Below the pieces are notes generated by a model, which saw only the letters and a program-made list of their open reading frames with translations, was not told the DNA's origin and made no database searches. A stretch of DNA of 58,557 nt, counting the filler, from Squatina squatina (lineage: Eukaryota), in the NCBI GenBank assembly GCA_031763465.1. It is 4 parts of 4 records of this genome, joined end to end, with 100 filler letters (N's around TTAATTAATTAA, not from the genome) between each part and the next. Parts side by side here need not be neighbours in the genome. Positions count along the whole stretch, not along the records: positions 42,971 to 58,557 come from JARFOE010000013.1; 3 more parts are not named here. One strand, 5' to 3'. Positions 49,405 through 58,557 of the stretch are shown here, one piece after another. The number at the start of each line of letters is the position of its first letter. Positions within the stretch are counted from its first letter, which is position 1. The position numbers and the translations under genes are program-made.

Positions 49405-50869
49405 TTGCTGTATTAATATGTTTCATTATTTTAGCTTTCCAAATACCTAAATGAAAATAGCTACAACTGGAATATGTGTTGGCTTATCTGGTATGCTTTT
49501 CTTAACTGCATCCAGGGCAGCTGCCTGCCTGGTTAATGTATACAGGACACAACTCTATTGAGTAAAAGTGCACAAACTACAAGAAAAAGGTGGGCAGTGC
49601 TTGGTCGAATTTCTTCTATGTGCTGCCGGTGGGTAAGGCTCTTCGCTGGAAGAGTAGCCTTGTTAAGTATGTTCTAAAGCTGTCTGGATTTGTAGTTAGC
49701 ACTTGCACTGTGCCAGCAGTATCATGTTGAAGCAAAGGTTAAGTGATCAGATTGAACAACTTCATTGACATTAAGCTCTTTACGCAATGACATTTGTGAG
49801 TGCCCTGACAAAAAAGAGTTTTAATTTCTGCATTTAATCATGAAAATAAACTTTTTTTTTTGTGAGCCAGGTCCAAATTGCCTGTGTATGCTTGAGTATG
49901 CTCCCAGTGCAACATAAGATCTTGCCCTCTNNNNNNNNNNATTCTCCTTTCATTGTGGACTGAAAATGATTTTCTGTAATGTGTTCCTCACTATCAAACA
50001 CATACTTGGTAAAAATCTATCATTTAAGATTTTTAAACGATTTACAGCATTTCATAAATGCGCAAAGGTATCACCAAACAGGTTTTTACCTGGGAAAGCT
50101 ACAGCATTCTTGTTTATTTCACTTATCATTTTAATGTTAAGATGGGAATGGAAAGATTGTGCAGCAGGGAACTACTGATTACCAAAAAATATTCTATTTT
50201 GGGAGTAACCTAATTCAAAAATCTGCAAGTAAGATAGCCATGCGTTGGTTGCGATGGTTCGAATCAATCGGTAAGCTTAATATTTCGATATTCAGCTGAG
50301 CATCACCAACAGGTAAGGAGACTTTTATCCCATGAAAGTAATCTTCCCCACTTTTGACCATTTTCCATTATTATAATATGTGTGGGTACTCGCTCCTGAA
50401 ATAAGCATAAGTATTAGCTAACAATGCAAAGTNNNNNNNNNNNNNNNNNNNNNNNNNNNNNNNNNNNNNNNNNNNNNNNNNNNNNNNNNNNNNNNNNNNN
50501 NNNNNNNNNNNNNNNNNNNNNNNNNNNNNNNNCATTTTTTGCACATCAAAATAAGATAAATAGAAGTCACTAAAGCGATTGCAGTTCCAGTAACACACTT
50601 GCGGTGAACCTAGACACATATTTAAGTCAGCTATGCCATCTCTTTTCACCGTCTCCTCCGTATACCCTCATTGAATCTCTACGCTGGTTTGTTGAATGAA
50701 TAAATGAATTGTTTAATCCTGCAGGAGTCTCGATGTTTATTTTGAGTAACCTCCAGGTACGGGGTTTGTGAAGTCAGGGATCAAAACACAATTTAGAGAC
50801 AGTGGGTCACACAGAACATGAGTTTACATATGTTTAAATATATGGCGTGGCTTTCAAAATTGCATGGAC

Positions 50870-51480
50870 AATCAGGTTTAGTGATATCTCTAAATTCAAC
50901 TTGGGATGGATCAAGAGATGGAAAAAAATATCATTTCATAACTCATAAGAAAACGGTCAGAGAATCCAATAATATGACCCCTAAAATGGCAAACAAATGG
51001 CTTTCATCAACTCTGCCTGCATTATTTCAAAAGTGCTGGCCTTGTGAAGTGTTCAAACTGAATGAAGCCCATCTTTTCTGGAAGCTTCTACCGAGGCAAC
51101 TCGCACCTTTCGCAACAGTGCATTGGTGGGAAACTGTGCAAGGAGCATTTAACCCTTCTTCTCGACACCAATGTGGACAGGCCTGAGAAGCTTCCTCTTC
51201 TGTTCATCGGCAGAAGTGAGAGGTCAAGATGTTTCAAAAGTGTTCAAATGACAAACTGTCATTTCAGTTGCCAGTCTGGGATGGCTTCTACAATTTTTAA
51301 GTAGTACATTGGATCTCTGAATGGAAGATTTCAAGGTCAGGCTAAAAATGTGTCGTTTGTTATGGATAGCTGCCCTGTGATCCTGAAATTACTGGCCTAA
51401 TGAAGGTGAAATTTCTTCTTCTTCCAAAGAATTCAATTCTAAGCTTCAGCCAAAGGACACTGGAGTTATCAATCTTTTCA
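50870..51480 (+). mobile_element. Decayed pogo/Tigger (TIGD/CENP-B-like, DDE_1) transposase
   Basis: Frameshifted motifs VFKLNEAHLFWKLLP (compare IFNADETGLFWKxLP), CIGGKLCKEHLTLLLDTNVDRPEKLPLLFIGRSERSRCFK (compare GGKxSKERLTVLLxxNxDGSEKLPxLVIGKSxxPRCFK) and KFLLLPKNS...LQPKDTGVI. Confidence 0.85.
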
Positions 51481-54400
51481 ATAGTCACATATTTTAACTA
51501 TAGATGCTCACTCCTAGGGTTGCCAACTCTCCCAGATTGTCCTGGAGAATCTAGGAATAAAAGATTCATCTCCTGGGCACTGCTGTGAGTAAACGGGGGA
51601 AAAAATGGAAAAGTGGATTTCACGGTTCACATATCGTACCTGCGGTTTGCACTCGCCTGTGGCTCCCGGGTTCTCGGAAACTTCTCATGTGAAGCGCGAC
51701 AGCTTCTGATGCCAAACCCTTCCCATCCTCAGTCTGATGAAAACGCACACAAGATTGCAGTGCAGAGCACCCAACACCAGGGAAATGGCTGGCATGACAG
51801 TATGACTTCTAGAGTTAGAAATGGGCTAAGCCTTGTTTTCATATAGGTCCAAATGATGTCATTAAAAGTCCAGCAACAGTATTTTAGCATCTCTATTAAT
51901 CTTAAATATTTGTGGTAATTACAGGATTTTCTGTCTCTCAATGCTTCAGATTTAGTTCCTGCCATTACTGCCTCCAAAAAATGTTATCCTGTTAAATTCA
52001 GCTGAAATAAATATCCAATAGCAGGCAAATTCAATTATTTTGAGGAGATGATGCCTGTAGAAGATCTATCCTGGACCGTTCTTACTGAGAAAATACTGCA
52101 TTTGAAATATTCACTGGTTTGGTTTTTGCATACTCAATTTTAATTTGCTGCAGGTAATAGGTAATTGCTGTAATATGATAGAGCCTGGGTATTAAACTTA
52201 GAATTTACTGTTGATATTATTTTATTTCGTGCTTTACAAAATGGAGCGTGTTTAATTTAGGTGTAGCATATTGTGATAGTAATGCCGTGTGTCAACATTC
52301 AACGGGCTTATTTCTTCATGCATTCCACTACACATCTGTGTTTTAATTGATTGGGGAGAGTTGTGGTGTGAGGGGTGTAGCCCGAACTGTTCTTGGTGCG
52401 CCGGGCCCTAAGAATTCTTAATCCGGTAGGTAGGGTCAGTCAGCTGAGGGCTAGGTCGGTGCTAAAAGCACATGAGTGGAAAATCAAGCCCCTTGTGCCC
52501 TCTCAATCTCCAACTACAACAAGTTCAGTTCTGAAAGTGTTGCTATGCAACTTAGAAATCCATATTTATTGAATAATGAAAATTTTCATCTAACACATCA
52601 GTGCTGTAATGTTGTGGATATGGTTCAGGAGCTCCTCATAGGAATAGGCAGCTTTGTATTAAAAAGTTATTAAAAAGTTGTGGATCTGCCAACTGAGGGC
52701 CATGATAACTACACACTCGGCTCTAGTCTTTCTTACTGTTTTCAAGTAATATCAAAACCCTAAATACATTCTTTATGCTCACATTGACAATTTTTCCATA
52801 AATAGCGAACTGTGGAAATCTTTACCATTTGTTTCTTACTTTTCTTGGCTGAATGTCATAGAATCATAGAATCTTACAGCACGGGAGGAGGCCATTCGGC
52901 CTATCAAGCCTTTGTCGGCTCGTTGAATGAGCTATCCAATTCATCCCTTTGTCCTTTTCTTTCCCCATAGCCCTGCAAACTTTTCAAGTATATATCCAAT
53001 TTGCTTTTGAAAGTTGGTATTCAATGTGCTTCCACCATCCTTTCGCGCAGTGAATTCCAGGTAATGTTGTAAAATATAATGCTGAAATAAATCTCTGATG
53101 TATCGTGGAGCGCACTTTTGATATTTCCCACGTCTTTTAACGGAGTAGCTTTCCTCTCTCGATGGCAGAGTTTGTCTGCCATCTTTAAAATGCTGCAGTC
53201 AGAGTGTAGCGGTAGAAATTATGGGTGGGTACAGCCCCAACAACCTTTGCATATATTCCATTTCATAACTCGGTCACAGAGCTTGTTTAAATCTCTCTGT
53301 AAATTTTTGGCACAGTAAATACTGCAATATAAATAAATGTTATCAGTGCCTGGACGTGACGCTCTCTACTCCAGTTCCTACCTGAACTATTTGACTTAAA
53401 ATATATTCATAATTGCAAAAAAGTCATGGAAACAGGTATCTGGACCAGTTCCCATGAGAAATGCTGAATATATATATGCTGCTTCTGAAGCATCGGCCAA
53501 GGTGTTTCTGGAAATATCGCAGACTAATTCCAGGCCCAACATTGAAATCCATTTTATACAGAGATAATAGTGTCACTGCAGCTAATTACCCATACCTCCT
53601 ACACGTAGCCGAACCTTTTCTAGAAAGCTACGGTTGAGATTAGCAGAAAGTTTCTGGGATGGATGTCATTGCTGCAATCTGCAAATCAAACAACCGTTGG
53701 CACTAAAATGGGTTTATACTGAAAAATGTTCTCGACTGTATGGAATATATTTTCAAAGTCGAGTGTGATTCCAGTTGCAATGCTTTACTTTGCATTCTAT
53801 TATGTCTGCATGCAGCAAGACCTGGATGACATTCAGGCTTGGGCTGATAAGTGGCAAGTANNNNNNNNNNNNNNNNNNNNNNNNNNNNNNNNNNNNNNNN
53901 NNNNNNNNNNNNNNNNNNNNNNNNNNNNNNNNNNNNNNNNNNNNNNNNNNNNNNNNNNNNCAAAATATCTGTTTAACTCCTCTGCCATTTCCTTGTTCCC
54001 CATAACTATTTCCCCAGCCTCATTCTCTAAGGGGCCTCTGTTCACTTTGACCTCTCTCTTCCTTTTTATGTACTTAAAGAAGCTCCTATTGTCAGTTTTT
54101 ATATTTCTCACTAGTTTGCCCTCATTAGAAGTGTTGCAAGCCCATATAGCTCTCCAGAAAAGGGTATTACTGTCTTGGATTTAGGAGTTGAGTCACAAGC
54201 CAGGGTTTCAGTTCATAATGACTATCACTTTTTCAGCCACATCCAAACCATGACGATTGTGCACGTTGCAATCAGTCACGACAGGAAGTAACCAAATATC
54301 TGTTATCTTTTGCTTAACGTCACAAGCTACTCGTATGTTCAACAAGTGAAACTCCAAATTCTGCAGAGATGCAGATGTGTGGAACCAGGATTCCCAGGAC

Positions 54401-57400
54401 TTTAGACAAGACAATAAACTATTCCATAAAAATATGAAGTAAAGGTAGAAAATGCTGGAATTACAAAGAATCTGAAAGAGAAAAATTAGTTGACACCGTG
54501 GTTGTGACCTTTGATCATGCATTCTCTTTATCATTGACTTTTTCAGTTTTATTTCAGATTTTTCAGCATTTACAGTTTTCTTTTCATATCCATCATAAAA
54601 ATGTAATTGTGCCAATTGTATGTGATGCCTCTGACAAAATTACAGCTGATTTCCCCACTCCAACCATAAAGATGATGAGAAAATACATGAAACTGGCAAA
54701 ATCTTGTTTCCTCGCTGGCGAAAAGGAAAACGGATGCTTAGGTTTAATTTTAAAATGTGTTAGAATTGTTGTAACCCTGCATGCTGCGATACCATTAACT
54801 GATACTGACAAGAGTGCACGATTACAAATATTCTGATTAACATTATGCTATAAAGTATGACTCCATCAAATCAAACAGTTTGCGCCTTTTAAAAAGAGTT
54901 TATTCAAAAAAATTTCACGCTAGTATCAACTTGAATATGAACCTCCAGTGAGCTACTTGAGGCTAGGAAAATGCTGTCTGCAGCAAAAAGATACTGAAAG
55001 TAGCACACATGCATATTAATCTGTATTATAATTAAGTATCACATGACAGGAGATATGCTAATTTTACAGAACAATATGCAAAAGTGGGTAGCGACTTTTT
55101 TTTAATGAGGGTATGAATCTCTCTATTTTGCCTCTAACTTTCTTTGTCTTGCTGGCCCATGCATGCAGCCAAGAAGATATCTGTCACTCTAAACTGGCCT
55201 CTGTCACTGTCACACTGAACTGATAGGTAGGATGCATATGGCTGTGGTGTGGGCATGATTCACCCTCCCTACATCAATACACATAANNNNNNNNNNNNNN
55301 NNNNNNNNNNNNNNNNNNNNNNNNNNNNNNNNNNNNNNNNNNNNNNNNNNNNNNNNNNNNNNNNNNNNNNNNNNNNNNNNNNNNNNGATCAGGGGGTATG
55401 GAGAGAAAGCAGGTACAGGGTACTGAGTTGGATGATCAGCCATGATCATATTGAATGGTGGTGTAGGCTCGAAGGGCCTAATGGCCTACTCCTGCACCTA
55501 TTTTCTATGTTTCTATGTTTCTATTGGGCCCCCTGCTGCTGCGTGCAGCCAATGAACAGCACACGTAGCACTGGCTGAGCACAGCAATCAGTTAAAACAG
55601 CTGGAAGCACAAATTTGGCGTGCTGCTTATATCATAGAATACAGGCACGGGTTCACCGCGCATCGCAATCCCTGTTTCAGTGTCTTATCCATTTTAACCC
55701 CCAACATGTCTACAACCAGCAGAACAGACATCGGCAAATGTTCATCTTTTTTGGCAAGCATTGTTCCTTTAGTTAAAGGAATAACATTTTTGACACAGAA
55801 TTATATTCCTCATTTAGTAGAAATACACTGAGATATTAATATATTCTCAGGTGTACTTTCATTTGCAATGGAAAGATTTATGGGCTATGAATCACAATCA
55901 TAACTTGTTCTATTACCATACTGCATCAAAACCAATATGGCCTGTGCATGACATGATGCAAAATATTGCTATGTTTAATGTGGATTGTTGTTTGATGTAA
56001 CCCATCACTGAAAATAATTAATTTCACTGAACAAGAAATTATTGCAAAGAATGTTAATTTATCAAGAATGAACATACAGTAGCTGATTGATATTTTGCTT
56101 CTTCACATTAATCAGCTTAGCACTGTCTTCTAATTTTTCTTTCATTATTTCTTGCTCCTTTCAATCACCTTTTTTTTAAAAAAAAACTATTTTTCATACT
56201 TCTCGTCCACTTTTCTCCCCTCTTCTGTAGGAGCTGTCTCTGATTGAGGGGTTGTTGTGATTCTGCTGCCGCCCAGCCTTCCAATACCATGCCCAAGTAA
56301 CCATTCCTCATGTGTGAGCCTGCACTCAGCGGGGTAGAATTTCTCAAGGGGTTCTGCCATCGTAATTTTGATGCAAGCCTTCCAGAAATGTTGAAAGCAT
56401 TGGTTTCTGATGCTTCAGTGGGGTTTCTGATGATTTTGTGCCAAAGTTACAGTGGATGACCAAGAGAATTCCTGTGCAAGTTCCAGGCGAGTAGAGTCAG
56501 TAGCATACTGATGCGCTACAGCAGCTGGCTTGTCACATTATCTGGAGCAGGAGCCTGAGGCCTGAGTGGTATAATACAGTGGCGAAGCACCAGGTGTGCT
56601 TTGGGCTTGCACATGAGTCCTTAACAAACCTCAATGAGCTTCAGATTTTGTGCAAAAAATATTTAAAAGCACACAGAGCTCTATAATGCAGTATTTGTGT
56701 AATAAACACTGCCACCCTACACTCACTTTTTTTTCTTCTCGCTTGTGCCTATCAGACTACATGTACATGACGATCCATCAGCACAGCATCTTGTGACCAC
56801 AGTAAAAATTGTGACCTGTTCTCCAAACCTGGAATAACCTCCTTTAATTCCTTTCAGTCTACATTTATCTCTGTGAGGTTTTAGAANNNNNNNNNNNNNN
56901 NNNNNNNNNNNNNNNNNNNNNNNNNNNNNNNNNNNNNNNNNNNNNNNNNNNNNNNNNNNNNNNNNNNNNNNNNNNNNNNNNNNNNNGATCAGTGGAAACC
57001 CTGGAGAATTGGTGTAAACAGCCGTTGTAAGCTGTTGATGCCATTTCTCTTACAGTTATGCCAATCTTCCACTGAAGTTATGGCAGGAGATCAGGAGAAT
57101 CCATATGGAAATTCCAGATGAACACTTCCTTCAATGGGAGAGATCAGGTAGAAAAAATATATTTTACAATCATGTAAATAATTAAGAAGTAAATGTTTAT
57201 GGGATGGAGGAGGAAACAATGTTATTGCAAGTATTAAATTGGTGAGGTCTATATCTTTCAGAGTTAGTAAGGGGTGTAGTATTTTTTTACCTTGTATAAG
57301 TTTGTGATATACTGCTTGGGTAAATTTGCTGTATAATAGTGATGGGTGCACGGCAGCAGAAATTATTTCTGATTTCTGACTCGCTGTGTATAATTCCGTA

Positions 57401-58557
57401 AGAGATCTACAAGTATTAACAAAATCATATTTCCAGCTGTCTTGTGAACTGATTATGTTTGAAACTAGTTACAGGTGAAGAGCCTAAATTGAAATAAGTT
57501 TCAAACTGGTATCAAACGTGCAACAGGAAGTGTGCACTTTGATTTCACAATTTAATTATCCCCATCAGTAACACATATGAACAATTGATATGGACTGACT
57601 CCTAATAAATTTGTAATCAGAGTCACAGTCTGCTACAAATGGATCTAGGTGTGCACAGAACCACAGAGAGGAAACCGAGATACACATCCAAGGTCAGTGA
57701 AATGTAAAGAAGAGCTTGTGTGATGACAGATCACTTCAGCCTGGCAAGGGGATTATCTNNNNNNNNNNNNNNNNNNNNNNNNNNNNNNNNNNNNNNNNNN
57801 NNNNNNNNNNNNNNNNNNNNNNNNNNNNNNNNNNNNNNNNNNNNNNNNNNNNNNNNNNTGAGGTAAAAGGTGATCTTGTTGAATGTAGGAGCAGGCTTGA
57901 GGGTCCAAATGGCCTACTCCTACACCTAGTTCTTATGTTCTTACTACACAGACATAATTTTTTTATTGGCACAAGTAATTAACTGCATGACTAATAGGGT
58001 GATTGAACATTCATCTCCAAATAAATCACTATTTGTCGTTTTGCCATTTTCTTGCCTTGTCTGTTAAAGCTTGGGCACATTACCATGGGCTTTCTTGTGC
58101 GAACCAAGGTAGAGTGTGACTATTGGTGAGCTATTCAACCATAGAAGCATCACTGCTGATCCTCACTCTGTCCTCACCTGACACCCACATTAATTCACTT
58201 TCAGAAGGAGTTACTGTATTGTGATTAATTATTTGGGCAGGAGGCTTGATGGATTTTTACCCTCCCTAGCTTGGGGACACTAAGGCCAGTTGTAGCACCT
58301 CCACTGTCATTCTGGTTGAGATCAGCTAGTTTACGATTAATCCATGGATTAAATAAATCACTATTTGTGACATGCAAAACTACACCTTGATACTATATCC
58401 CCACCGATCTATCATTTTATATATTTATAGTGTGTTGAATGGCTTGTGTTGTATCTCTGTGAATCGACAACACAAGTGAAGGGAAACTTGTAATTAAAAA
58501 CAATGGATGAATGTTGGAGGAGGACAGAAATTACAGGTTAATTCTAGTACATACTGT

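Overview
Eukaryotic (vertebrate) draft genomic DNA, most likely from a shark or ray, judging by the repeat families (CR1/HE1-type tails, Penelope, shark-type SINEs) and the NLR type. The window is not one locus. It is four blocks of about 13-16 kb joined by artificial 100-nt spacers (44 N + TTAATTAATTAA + 44 N at 13991-14090, 29550-29649 and 42871-42970), and each block has further internal N gaps. Block 1 (1-13990) holds two consecutive exons of the receptor tyrosine phosphatase PTPRT plus a decayed Harbinger transposase. Block 2 (14091-29549) is an NLR immune-receptor cluster fragment: two paralogous copies of the N-terminal exons with a 37/39-bp minisatellite, one pseudogenised NACHT exon cut off by a Penelope-like element, and a stack of nested TEs. 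That stack includes a CR1 LINE with an esterase ORF1 and a hAT-like element carrying promoter-like CpG-rich cargo. Block 3 (29650-42870) holds a NOX2/CYBB-like FAD-binding exon followed by two SYTL5 exons. Block 4 (42971-58557) is repeat-rich, with Harbinger and pogo/Tigger remnants and no gene I can recognise. I see no convincing wholly new biological system. The most interesting items are Penelope-associated minimal hammerhead ribozyme motifs, the cargo-carrying hAT-like element, the duplicated and decaying NLR module, and a NOX exon with mixed paralogue features. Gene identities rest on my recall of vertebrate protein sequences, not on database searches.
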